Part shown: positions 37,721-47,160 of the stretch, piece after piece
Position numbering within the stretch: position 1 is the first letter of the stretch
How the letters are laid out: every line of letters begins with the position of its first letter
Assembly (NCBI GenBank): GCA_965216295.1
Contig: OZ244141.1
Coordinates: 295,671 to 359,670, forward strand
Origin: Minisyncoccota bacterium
GTDB lineage: Bacteria; Patescibacteriota; Minisyncoccia; Phycocordibacterales; JABAAK01
Length of the DNA: 64,000 nt
Direction: 5' to 3'
The notes under the pieces: generated by a model
The model's database searches: none
The model's input: only the letters and a program-made list of their open reading frames with translations
What the model was told of the DNA's origin: nothing
Program-made: the position numbers and the translations under genes

Positions 37721-39790
37721 ATGTCTGTGGGGAAAAAAGCATCAAAAAAGAGTACGTCTGGTGGTGGGAAAACAAAAGGTTACGGCGCTGATGATATTGT
37801 CGTTTTGGAGGGATTAGAAGCCGTACAACGGCGACCAGGTATGTACATCGGTACAACTGGAATAGATGGTCTCTATCACCTTGTGTGGGAAGTATTTGAT
37901 AACTCACTTGATGAAGCAATGGGAGGGCATGCTCACGAAATTGAAATCACACTACTTCCTGATGATGTGGTACGCGTTGCAGATAACGGAAGAGGTATTC
38001 CAGTTGATACACATGCAAAAACAAAAGTTTCAGCGCTTGAAACTATTATGACAACACTCCACGCGGGAGGAAAATTTGGTAACGCTGGTTACAAGGTTTC
38101 AGGCGGACTCCACGGTGTTGGTGTTTCTGTCGTCAATGCACTATCAACAACCATATCGGCACTTGTGCATCGTGATGGCTCTATTTACTTTCAAGAGTAT
38201 CACTACGGCAAGGTGGATAAGAAGATAAAGGTTGTTGGGAAAACAAAAGAGAGCGGTACAGTGATTACATTTCATCCAGATCCAAAAATATTTAAAGAAA
38301 TTACTTTTACCGGAAAGACATTTGAATTAGAACGTATTGCTGAACATGTTCGTGATCAGGCGTTTCTTGTAAAACAACTCCGTATTCGTGTTGTTGATCT
38401 TCGTCAACATGAAAAAAAGATTCCTGATGATGTTCTCTTTGTTTCACACACACTTCCAAACGTTCCATCGTATACATTTTACTTTGATGGAGGTCTTTCT
38501 TCTTTTATCCGTCATCACAACGCTGATCAAAAACCTATCCACCAGGATATCTTTTCAGTTGACAAGGAAGTTGGAACAACAAGGGTAACCATTGCTCTCC
38601 AGTATGTCAATGATATCTCATCACGAATTTTTGGATTTGGAAACAATATTAGAAATATAGAAGGGGGAACTCATATCACTGGTTTGAAAACAGCACTCAC
38701 TCGTTCTATGAACAGTTATGCAAAAGGAAAAAAGTTAGTGAAGGAAGGGGAGACATTTTCTGGTGAAGATGTTCTTGAAGGACTCACAGCAATTGTTGCG
38801 GTGCAGTTACCTGATATTCAATTTGAGGGACAAACCAAAGCAAAATTAGGAAGCGTTGAAGCACGAAGTGCCGTTGAGACAATCTTTAATGAAGCGTTTG
38901 GCGTCTTTTTAGAAGAAAATCCTACTACCGCAAAAGTAATCATTGCCAAGGTATCATTGGCGTATCAAGCACGCAAAGCGGCTCGTGCTGCAAAGGATAG
39001 TATTTTGCGTAAAGGTGCCCTCGAGGGTATGACACTTCCTGGTAAATTAGGTGACTGTCAGACAAAAAATTCAGATGAAGCAGAGCTTTTTATCGTTGAG
39101 GGTGATTCTGCAGGTGGTACGGCAAAGCAAGGGAGAGATCGTCGAACACAAGCGGTGTTACCACTTCGAGGAAAAATTTTAAATGTTGAGCGTGCCAGAC
39201 TTGATCGAGCATTAACATCAGACAGTATTAAATCAGTTGTCATCGCACTCGGTACTGCAATTGGTGATGCGTTTAATATTGAGAAACTTCGGTATGGCAA
39301 AGTCATTATTACCACAGACGCTGATGTTGATGGAGCTCACATTCGAACACTTCTTTTAACACTCTTCTATCGCTTTTTTCGTGACCTTGTAGAAAATGGC
39401 AATATCTATTTTGCACAACCACCGCTGTACAAGGTAAAGAAGGGAAAAGAGATACGATTTGCTTTTTCAGATGCAGAGCGTGATGTCTACATTACTGAAC
39501 TACAGAAAGGCACCAAAGAAACACCTGATGAAAAAGGTGACGAGAAAAGTGATGAAGGAGTTGTAAAGACAAAAGGTATTTTAGTACAACGATATAAAGG
39601 ATTGGGTGAAATGAATCACGGTGAACTGTGGGAGACAACAATGGATCCAGAAAAAAGAACACTCAAGCAAGTAACCATTGCAGATGCTGCAGAGGCTGAC
39701 AAGACGTTTGATATTCTTATGGGTGCAGAAGTGGCACCACGTCGTGCTTTCATTCAAACAAATGCTAAGTACGCAACACTAGATATTTAG
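37721..39790 (+). CDS. gyrB: DNA gyrase subunit B
   Basis: RRPGMYIG, EVFDNSLDE, GLHGVG, VEGDSAGG, PLRGK, DADVDG, RYKGLGEM. Confidence 0.98.
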   Translation: MSVGKKASKKSTSGGGKTKGYGADDIVVLEGLEAVQRRPGMYIGTTGIDGLYHLVWEVFDNSLDEAMGGHAHEIEITLLPDDVVRVADNGRGIPVDTHAKTKVSALETIMTTLHAGGKFGNAGYKVSGGLHGVGVSVVNALSTTISALVHRDGSIYFQEYHYGKVDKKIKVVGKTKESGTVITFHPDPKIFKEITFTGKTFELERIAEHVRDQAFLVKQLRIRVVDLRQHEKKIPDDVLFVSHTLPNVPSYTFYFDGGLSSFIRHHNADQKPIHQDIFSVDKEVGTTRVTIALQYVNDISSRIFGFGNNIRNIEGGTHITGLKTALTRSMNSYAKGKKLVKEGETFSGEDVLEGLTAIVAVQLPDIQFEGQTKAKLGSVEARSAVETIFNEAFGVFLEENPTTAKVIIAKVSLAYQARKAARAAKDSILRKGALEGMTLPGKLGDCQTKNSDEAELFIVEGDSAGGTAKQGRDRRTQAVLPLRGKILNVERARLDRALTSDSIKSVVIALGTAIGDAFNIEKLRYGKVIITTDADVDGAHIRTLLLTLFYRFFRDLVENGNIYFAQPPLYKVKKGKEIRFAFSDAERDVYITELQKGTKETPDEKGDEKSDEGVVKTKGILVQRYKGLGEMNHGELWETTMDPEKRTLKQVTIADAAEADKTFDILMGAEVAPRRAFIQTNAKYATLDI

Positions 39791-41359
39791 TGTATAGTAA
39801 GGGTCATTTTCTTTTGCAAGACGTTGTACACACTCTTTGATAGATAGTGATGTTTTGTTGCCATCACGATCTTCAAGAGCAACTGTTGTATTTGCCTCTT
39901 CGGCACTACCCACGACGATGTAGTAAGGGAGTAAATCGTTTTTTGCTTGATAGATTTTTTTACCAATGGTGTCACTTGCTATATCTATCTCAGCACGAAT
40001 CCCTTGTGCAATGAGATCAGCATGAATCCCTCGTGCGTACGGGAGATGTTTTTCATGGAGAGGAATAACGCGTATTTGAACAGGAGCAAGCCAGAAGGGA
40101 AACGCACCTTTGTATTTTTCGATAAGGAAGGCGAGAACTCGTTCAATAGCACCGATTGAAGAGCGGTGTATGACAATTGGTCTGTATGTCTTGCCATCGT
40201 CACCTATGTATGAAAGATCAAATCGCTCTGGCATAACAAAGTCGTATTGGACGGTAAATGCTGTTTCTTCTTTTCCGGTGACTGTTTTCATTTGTATATC
40301 AATTTTTGGACCATAGAAGGCTGCTTCGTTTGGTGCTTCAACAAACGGTGCGTCGCGTTCTTGTAACACTTCTCGTAATATTTTTTCTGACTCATCCCAT
40401 GCCTTCTTGTTATCTGAATATTTTTTTGTATTGTTTCGATCACCTAAAGAGAGACGGTACTGATAATCTTCTTTGAGGGTAAATCCAAGGAGCCCATTGA
40501 TGTCTTCGATAAACTGTAACACTGAGGCGAGTTCTTCTTTTGCTTGTTTTGTATCTGTACAGATAATGTGTGCATCAGAGAGACAGAAGCTGCGGACTCG
40601 TGTGAGACCAAGAAGTTCACCAGATTTTTCATAACGATACAGTTTAGATAACTCAGCAATACGGATAGGGAGTTCTCGGTAACTGTGTGGCTTGCTGAGG
40701 TAGAGTTCAAAGTGATGAGGGCACGTCATCGGACGAAGCATAAACTGTTCATCATCAATATCAATAGGTGCGTACATTGAATCTCGATAGTGTTCAAGGT
40801 GACCTGACTTTTCATACAAGGCAACGTTTGTTAAATCTGGCGTTGAAACATGTTGGTAGCCACGTTTAATTTCTTCATCAACAACTAATCGTTCCAACAC
40901 TCGCTTTATCGCCGCTCCTTTCTCTGTGTAGAGAGGAAGTCCTTTGCCAACGGTGTTTGAGAAGGTAAAGAGTCCCAGTTTCTTTCCTAAGGTGCGGTGA
41001 TCAGCAGTTGCGCTCTCTGCTTTCTCTTCAAGGAGTGTCTTCAATTCTTTTGGAGTAGGCGCTCCCCATCCACGGATACGGGTTAGCATTGCTTCATTCT
41101 CATCTCCTTTTCGGTATGCACCTGAGATGGAAAAAAGAGTAAAGGCATCTGGATGGAGGTTGGGAGCTTTCATCAAAGCCTGCATTGTTTTTGCCAGTGT
41201 GGAAAGGTCTTTATCGCTCAACGTTGCATCGGTATCAACAAAAAAGGACTGATCGGGGAGAACCCCTTCTTTTTCTGTTGTTGCGTCAGGGTACTGTTTC
41301 TGTACAGCGGCTCTTAAAAGAGACGCATACCCGCGACGGCACTCATCAAGACCACTCAT
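39779..41359 (-). CDS. thrS: Threonyl-tRNA synthetase with an eroded N-terminal editing domain
   Basis: DHR.LG, RPMTCPHH, YRYEKSG, AFYGPKID, IHRS..G..ER. Confidence 0.95.
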   Translation of the reverse strand: MSGLDECRRGYASLLRAAVQKQYPDATTEKEGVLPDQSFFVDTDATLSDKDLSTLAKTMQALMKAPNLHPDAFTLFSISGAYRKGDENEAMLTRIRGWGAPTPKELKTLLEEKAESATADHRTLGKKLGLFTFSNTVGKGLPLYTEKGAAIKRVLERLVVDEEIKRGYQHVSTPDLTNVALYEKSGHLEHYRDSMYAPIDIDDEQFMLRPMTCPHHFELYLSKPHSYRELPIRIAELSKLYRYEKSGELLGLTRVRSFCLSDAHIICTDTKQAKEELASVLQFIEDINGLLGFTLKEDYQYRLSLGDRNNTKKYSDNKKAWDESEKILREVLQERDAPFVEAPNEAAFYGPKIDIQMKTVTGKEETAFTVQYDFVMPERFDLSYIGDDGKTYRPIVIHRSSIGAIERVLAFLIEKYKGAFPFWLAPVQIRVIPLHEKHLPYARGIHADLIAQGIRAEIDIASDTIGKKIYQAKNDLLPYYIVVGSAEEANTTVALEDRDGNKTSLSIKECVQRLAKENDPYYTLNI

Positions 41360-41383
41360 ATAAACCAGTATATCATAGCGATG

Positions 41384-44300
41384 TTACTGAGGATCTGATA
41401 CCTCTTGGATACGAAGAGTGACCTCATTGTTTCTGGTAGAGGTTTTGCCACGCAGTTTCACTGTTCTTGTTGGTACCAACATCTCTTCATACCGCTGTAC
41501 TGCATCAGAAAAACACACCGCATCAAGTGTTTCGTTATTATCATCCTCAAGGGTAATGAAGTACATGAGGTTACCATCTTTTGTTCTTGTCGGACGAAGT
41601 TTTGTGATAACACCCATAACATTGATATCTTTGTTATCACCAAGTGATTGAACATCACAGAGCGGTATTCCAACACGTTTAAAGCTATGCAGTGGATGTC
41701 CGGTGACATAGAAACCGAGAAGATCTTTTTCCCACGCAAGTCCCTGTACCTCCGTTACTGAATCAGCGGGTTTCAAGTGAAGCGAAGAACCAGACAAATC
41801 ATCATCGGCAAAGAGCATTCCTTGATCTTCTTTACTATTCCGCACTTCTTTGAGAAGTACCAACAAGGTATCCAAGTTATGCAACAAGACACTACGTTCA
41901 GAAAACGCATTGAGGCAACCTACTTTAATTAATGCTTCAAGTGCCTGTTTGTTTACCCCAACACAACCTCGTTGCAAAAAATCTTCTAAGTTTTCAAATG
42001 GTTTTTGTTTTCTGTGTTCTAAGATAGTTTCAACAATTCCCGCTCCAACATGACGGACTGTTTCTAAACCAACACGGATACCAGTTTCCGTCACGTTACC
42101 ATCGGTATGTTCTTCAGTGGTAAATTCTCTGCTACTTTTTTGTATATCGGTAGGGAATATCTTGATACCAAGTCGTTTTGATTCAAAAATTAAATCAGCA
42201 ATACGTTCAAGATTTCCTATCTCCGCCGTTAAGTGAGCAGCCATATATTCAGCAAGGTAGTGAGTTTTAATGTATGCCGTCTGATATGACACTTTTGCAT
42301 AGCTCATTGCGTGTGCTTTGTTAAATCCATACCCTTTGAATGGATCAAATAAGTTCCATAACCTATCTGCCTGTCCTTTTGTCATGTTTGAATGTTTCAT
42401 AACTCTTGCCTTGAACAATTTTTCTTGCTGTGCCATCAACTCTGGTATCTTTTTACCAACTGCTTTACGGAATACATCTACCTCTTTCCAGTTATAGTTA
42501 GCAAGGTTGAGTGCGGTATAGAGGAGGTCTTCCTGGTACACAAACACACCGTAGGATTGTTTCAGGTATTCTTCCATCTTTGGGTGCAGGTAGGTTGTTG
42601 GTGTTTCTCCATGTTTTCGTTTGATGTACTCATCAATGTTTTTCATTGGTCCAGGACGATAGAGGGCAATACATGCGGCAAGGTCATGGATGGAGTTTGG
42701 TTTCATGCGTTTCAAGACACTCGTCATACCGTAGCTACCAAGTTGAAAAATCCCTTTCGTGTAACCATCTGAAATAAAGGTAAACACTTTTTGATCGTCG
42801 AGTGGTATGGTATCAATATCAATTTTTTTACCGTATCGTTTTTCAATACGTTTCAATGCATCAGCAAGAATAGCAAGGTTCGTTAATCCAAGAAGATCAA
42901 ACTTGAGTAACCCCGCATCTTCTACGGCATGCATGTTGTATTGCGTGATTGGTCGCCCTGTTCCTTTCGGTTCATTTTCAAGAGGAGTGTATTCAACAAT
43001 ATCATTTGGTGCGATAACGATACCAGCGGCATGAACAGAGATGTGTCGTGCATTTCCTTCAATCTTTTTTGCTGTATTAATGATGTGACGCACATCTTCT
43101 TCTTGTGTATGTAAAGCACGAAGTTCAGGTACTTCATGCATTGCTCTTTGAATAGTCATTGGCTGTCCTTGCAAACCGAGAGGAATTAATCGTGCAATGC
43201 GGTTTCCAGTGATGTATGAATAACCAAGTGCTCGTGCCGTATCACGAACAGCAGCGCGAGCCATCATTGTTCCAAACGTTCCTATCTGTGCTACTTTCTC
43301 TTTACCGTACTTCTGTATGATGTATTCAACAATATCAGAACGACGGTTGTCACTGACATCAATATCAACATCAGGTGGTGAAGGACGAAACGGATTGAGA
43401 AATCGTTCAAAAGGAAGTCTATACTCAAGTGGGTTCACATTGGTAATACGGGTAAGGTAACTAACTAAGGAACCTGCGGCAGATCCTCGTGTTGAGGTTA
43501 GTATGTTGTTTTTGTGCATGAAACGCACTAAGTCAATCATGGTTAGAAAGTAGGGAACATACTTTTTTTCTTCAATAACTGAGAGTTCATAGCGAATACG
43601 CTCATCAACCTCTTTGGTTCTCTCCATACCTCGTTCTTGTAACCCATCTGCAACATACTGTTTCAACAGAACCGTTTGTTCACTTTCAGTCCCACCAACA
43701 GGTGGTTTGGGAAATACCCATTCACCAATACGTAATTGAATATCAATACTATCAACCAACTGTGCCAGATTGTCATATAACTGGGGTGTTTTTTCAGCTT
43801 TTTCTGCTATTTCATCCCTGGAGGGGAGTTTCAGTGAAATGTTTTCAAAAACATCTTCTTCAATGTCTGAGAGTCGTGTTGGCTGTATGCGAAGCAATAC
43901 CTTTCGTGCTTCCATGTCTTCATCATCTAAGTAGTAGGTAGGTTCCATGGGAACACACGGTATGCCTGCTTGTGTGACAAGATCTTCTATTTTTTTAATT
44001 GGAAGTGTGTCTAGTTTTTGGTGAGGGATGCCTGCGTAGAGTGCGTTGGGAAATATTGTTTGCAATGTCGTGAGCATCTTTTGTGCCATCGACATGTTTC
44101 CTAATCGGACTGCCGTAGTTACCGGACTATTAAAAGGAGGGAGTATTGCTATGAGATTTTGAGAAAATTTTTGTAAATCATCAAATTGTATTGACGGTGG
44201 TTTTGTTTTTGCAGTGACTTGATGAAATGTTACCAACCGCATGAGTGTTTTGTACCCATCAACGTTTTTTGCTAAAAAAACAAGACGAGAAAGTGTCTCT

Positions 44301-44521
44301 GTATTGGTATTAACATACAGTGTTACGCCAATGAGTGGTTTTATATTATGTTTGTGACACGCTTTATAGAAAGGGAGTGCGCCGTAGAGGTTTGATGTGT
44401 CGGTTAATGCTAATGCATCACACCCACGTTCCTTTGCAACCTTCACGAGTGCGCCAATCTTTGGTATACCCCGTAAAAAAGAGTAGTGGCTGTGTGTATT
44501 AAGCGGTGCGTAGTACCTCAC
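41384..44521 (-). CDS. dnaE: DNA polymerase III alpha subunit (likely GTG start at 44521)
   Basis: PHP THSHYS, RGSAAGS, PDVDID, GLLKFDLLGL, YGFNKAHA. Confidence 0.96.
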   Translation of the reverse strand: MRYYAPLNTHSHYSFLRGIPKIGALVKVAKERGCDALALTDTSNLYGALPFYKACHKHNIKPLIGVTLYVNTNTETLSRLVFLAKNVDGYKTLMRLVTFHQVTAKTKPPSIQFDDLQKFSQNLIAILPPFNSPVTTAVRLGNMSMAQKMLTTLQTIFPNALYAGIPHQKLDTLPIKKIEDLVTQAGIPCVPMEPTYYLDDEDMEARKVLLRIQPTRLSDIEEDVFENISLKLPSRDEIAEKAEKTPQLYDNLAQLVDSIDIQLRIGEWVFPKPPVGGTESEQTVLLKQYVADGLQERGMERTKEVDERIRYELSVIEEKKYVPYFLTMIDLVRFMHKNNILTSTRGSAAGSLVSYLTRITNVNPLEYRLPFERFLNPFRPSPPDVDIDVSDNRRSDIVEYIIQKYGKEKVAQIGTFGTMMARAAVRDTARALGYSYITGNRIARLIPLGLQGQPMTIQRAMHEVPELRALHTQEEDVRHIINTAKKIEGNARHISVHAAGIVIAPNDIVEYTPLENEPKGTGRPITQYNMHAVEDAGLLKFDLLGLTNLAILADALKRIEKRYGKKIDIDTIPLDDQKVFTFISDGYTKGIFQLGSYGMTSVLKRMKPNSIHDLAACIALYRPGPMKNIDEYIKRKHGETPTTYLHPKMEEYLKQSYGVFVYQEDLLYTALNLANYNWKEVDVFRKAVGKKIPELMAQQEKLFKARVMKHSNMTKGQADRLWNLFDPFKGYGFNKAHAMSYAKVSYQTAYIKTHYLAEYMAAHLTAEIGNLERIADLIFESKRLGIKIFPTDIQKSSREFTTEEHTDGNVTETGIRVGLETVRHVGAGIVETILEHRKQKPFENLEDFLQRGCVGVNKQALEALIKVGCLNAFSERSVLLHNLDTLLVLLKEVRNSKEDQGMLFADDDLSGSSLHLKPADSVTEVQGLAWEKDLLGFYVTGHPLHSFKRVGIPLCDVQSLGDNKDINVMGVITKLRPTRTKDGNLMYFITLEDDNNETLDAVCFSDAVQRYEEMLVPTRTVKLRGKTSTRNNEVTLRIQEVSDPQ

Positions 44522-44547
44522 AAAGTTCAGTATACAATGATTGGGCA

Positions 44548-45204
44548 ATGGCGAATGTGGATAGGCGGTGTACAACAACGAACACTGTTCAGATAAAACG
44601 ATATGTTGCGGGTATTGACGAGGTGGGGAGAGGACCTCTTGCAGGACCAGTGAGTGTTGGTCTTGTTATGTGGCTTGACACAACACACGATCCACACACA
44701 CTTCTCTCTGGTATACGAGATTCAAAACAACTTTCTTCTAGCAAGCGAGTGTGGTGGGTAGAAAAACTACAACAGCTTGTAAAAGAACAAATACTCTGGA
44801 CAACAGTCGTATCAACGAAACCAGAAGTCATTGATGAGAAGGGAATTATGGTCGCACTTGCACAGGCAGCAGAGAAGGCACTTGCACAGGGGAAAAAACA
44901 AATAGGTTTTTCCGAACAGAACGTCTCTCTCTTGAGTGACTACGGACTACCGACACCACAATCATATACAACACAGCACATCATTAAGGGTGATGAGAAA
45001 GAACCACTCATTGCTGCTGCATCAATTGTCGCAAAAGTGTGGCGGGATGCACGCATGGAACACTACCACACCATATATCCGCACTACGCACTCAATACGA
45101 ACAAAGGGTACGGTACTGCATTTCATCGCAAAGCGCTGAGAGATCATGGACCAACCGTTATACACCGTCGTTCGTTCTTGAAAAATATAGAGTTGTTCAA
45201 ATAG
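44548..45204 (+). CDS. rnhB: Ribonuclease HII
   Basis: GIDEVGRGPLAGPV, DSK.L, KGD, AAASIVAKV.RD, KGYGT. Confidence 0.95.
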   Translation: MANVDRRCTTTNTVQIKRYVAGIDEVGRGPLAGPVSVGLVMWLDTTHDPHTLLSGIRDSKQLSSSKRVWWVEKLQQLVKEQILWTTVVSTKPEVIDEKGIMVALAQAAEKALAQGKKQIGFSEQNVSLLSDYGLPTPQSYTTQHIIKGDEKEPLIAAASIVAKVWRDARMEHYHTIYPHYALNTNKGYGTAFHRKALRDHGPTVIHRRSFLKNIELFK

Positions 45205-45230
45205 GTGGAGTAGTGGTAGAGTGGGCATAT

Positions 45231-45518
45231 ATGGTGGTACGAATGAGAACTACAAAAGGAAGGCGGAATAACCGTCGTTCCCATCACGTTATAGCGTCTA
45301 CTACAGTTACCACTGATGAGGGTGGTGTTTCTCACGTACGTCACCGTGCAAGTAGAGATACAGGGACGTATCGAGGAAGAATGGTCTTACCCCGTGTGGT
45401 AAAGCGAGAAGAACGAAGAAAATCAAAGCTACAAGCACGAAAGGAGACAGAAGAGCCACAAGAGGAGAAAAAGACAACAGAAAGTGCAAGTATCCCACCA
45501 ACAGAAGAAAACAAGTAA
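45231..45518 (+). CDS. rpmF: 50S ribosomal protein bL32 (Cys-free, extended C-terminus)
   Basis: MVVRMR.TK..RNNRRSH...RHRA....G.YRGR.V. Confidence 0.8.
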   Translation: MVVRMRTTKGRRNNRRSHHVIASTTVTTDEGGVSHVRHRASRDTGTYRGRMVLPRVVKREERRKSKLQARKETEEPQEEKKTTESASIPPTEENK

Positions 45519-45577
45519 TTAATACAATATACATACCGTTAGGCGATAAATAGTGATAGAATAGAAGTAGAAACAAT

Positions 45578-46477
45578 ATGGCCTCAACGCGACACGAGAT
45601 ACGTACATTGGTGGTGCAATCATTATATGCATCTGATTTTGGTGGCACGCTAAGAGATAAGGATTCTGTACTGGGGACATTTAATACATTAGCAACAGAA
45701 GCTTCTCCAGAACTGATCAATAATCAATTTGCTGAAACAATCATCTCCGGGATTGTTGGTAAGCTTGATGAATTAGATAGTATTATCGAACGAGTTGCTC
45801 CTAATTGGCCATTGGATAAATTGGGGGTAGTTGAAAGAAATGTTATTCGTATGGGTATCTTTGAGTTACTCTTTGGGAAAACATTGAATGTTCCTGGTCG
45901 TGTTGCTATTAACGAAGCTATTGAATTAGCAAAGTCATTTGCTGGTGAAGGAGGGAGTAAGTTTGTCAACGGCGTTTTGGGTACTATTTTTCGTGAGATA
46001 GGTGGTGATACTGAAACGGTTGTTGTTAAAAAGACACGACGAGTTGTTAAATCAACTGGTGGTCTCGTGTATCACGTTGATGATTCTGGTGAAATTCGAT
46101 TTGCATTGATTAAAGATATTTTTGGTAAGTGGACTCTTTCAAAGGGAAAACTTCAACAAAAAGAAACAGCACAACGTGGTGTTACACGAGTGATACAAGA
46201 GGAACTTGGACTTGCCACGACCATTGATGAGGAAATTGGTTTTAATTCATATATCTCGTACCCACCAGAGGGACCATTGCGAAAAGAAGTGGTGTACTTT
46301 TTGGTGAGAGCACGAGAGAACACTATTACACTAGAAAAGAAAGATGGGTTGGTAGATGCACAGTGGTTTACGAAAGACGAAGTCTCTAAACTCAAACTCT
46401 ATAAAGATATACAAGAAATGATATTTGATGCAATGTTGAAAATATCATCAGAGGTAGCACGAGCAGTAAAAAAATAA
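45578..46477 (+). CDS. nusB: Transcription antitermination factor NusB fused to a C-terminal NUDIX domain
   Basis: R...R...VQ.LY, APNW, VAINEAIELAK.F...FVNGVL, then Nudix box KGKLQQKETAQRGVTRVIQEELGL. Confidence 0.9.
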   Translation: MASTRHEIRTLVVQSLYASDFGGTLRDKDSVLGTFNTLATEASPELINNQFAETIISGIVGKLDELDSIIERVAPNWPLDKLGVVERNVIRMGIFELLFGKTLNVPGRVAINEAIELAKSFAGEGGSKFVNGVLGTIFREIGGDTETVVVKKTRRVVKSTGGLVYHVDDSGEIRFALIKDIFGKWTLSKGKLQQKETAQRGVTRVIQEELGLATTIDEEIGFNSYISYPPEGPLRKEVVYFLVRARENTITLEKKDGLVDAQWFTKDEVSKLKLYKDIQEMIFDAMLKISSEVARAVKK

Positions 46478-46482
46478 ACACC

Positions 46483-47157
46483 ATGAAGGGTATTGAAAAA
46501 CGTATCGGGTACACGTTTACGGATCAAGCATACCTTTCTCGTGCCCTCACACACCGTTCCTACACGAATGAAAACCGTGGGAAAGAGGATAACGAAACAC
46601 TTGAGTTTCTTGGTGATGCGGTTCTTCAGTTTATCGCCACCAAACATATCTGTGCCCGCTATCCTGATAAAAAGGAGGGACAGTTAAGTGTGTACCGTGC
46701 GACGTTGGTTAGTACTGAAGCATTGGTTGCCGTTGCCGATACATTAGCATTAGCATCATGTGTTCGGGTTTCTGTTGGGCAAAAAAATACGATGGGTACA
46801 AAAGGGATACATCTGCATGCTGATGCTGTTGAAGCACTCATTGGTGCGCTCTACCTTGATGGTGGCCTTGCGGTTGCTGAGAAGTTTATAGAACAATTCG
46901 TACTCTCTCGGCTTGACACTGTTGTGCAGAAAGATCTCTGGAAAGAACCCAAGACACAACTCCAAGAGATTGCTCAGAAAAAATTAGGAATAACACCACA
47001 CTATGAGGTGATTGAAACAGAAGGCCCTGCCCATGATATGGTTTTTACCGTTGCTGTTTTTTTTGATACAGAACGTATTGCCTCTGGAACAGGGACATCA
47101 CGGCAAGAAGCAGAGAAAAATGCGGCAGAGAAGGGGTTGCTCAAGAAGAAATGGTAA
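46483..47157 (+). CDS. rnc: Ribonuclease III
   Basis: ALTHRS, NE.LEFLGDAVL, EALIGA.YLD, dsRBD PKT.LQE. Confidence 0.96.
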   Translation: MKGIEKRIGYTFTDQAYLSRALTHRSYTNENRGKEDNETLEFLGDAVLQFIATKHICARYPDKKEGQLSVYRATLVSTEALVAVADTLALASCVRVSVGQKNTMGTKGIHLHADAVEALIGALYLDGGLAVAEKFIEQFVLSRLDTVVQKDLWKEPKTQLQEIAQKKLGITPHYEVIETEGPAHDMVFTVAVFFDTERIASGTGTSRQEAEKNAAEKGLLKKKW

Positions 47158-47160
47158 ACT

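Noticed and set aside
45039-45230. Long N-terminal extension on bL32
   Set aside because: It overlaps rnhB out of frame. The L32-like sequence starts at ATG 45231.
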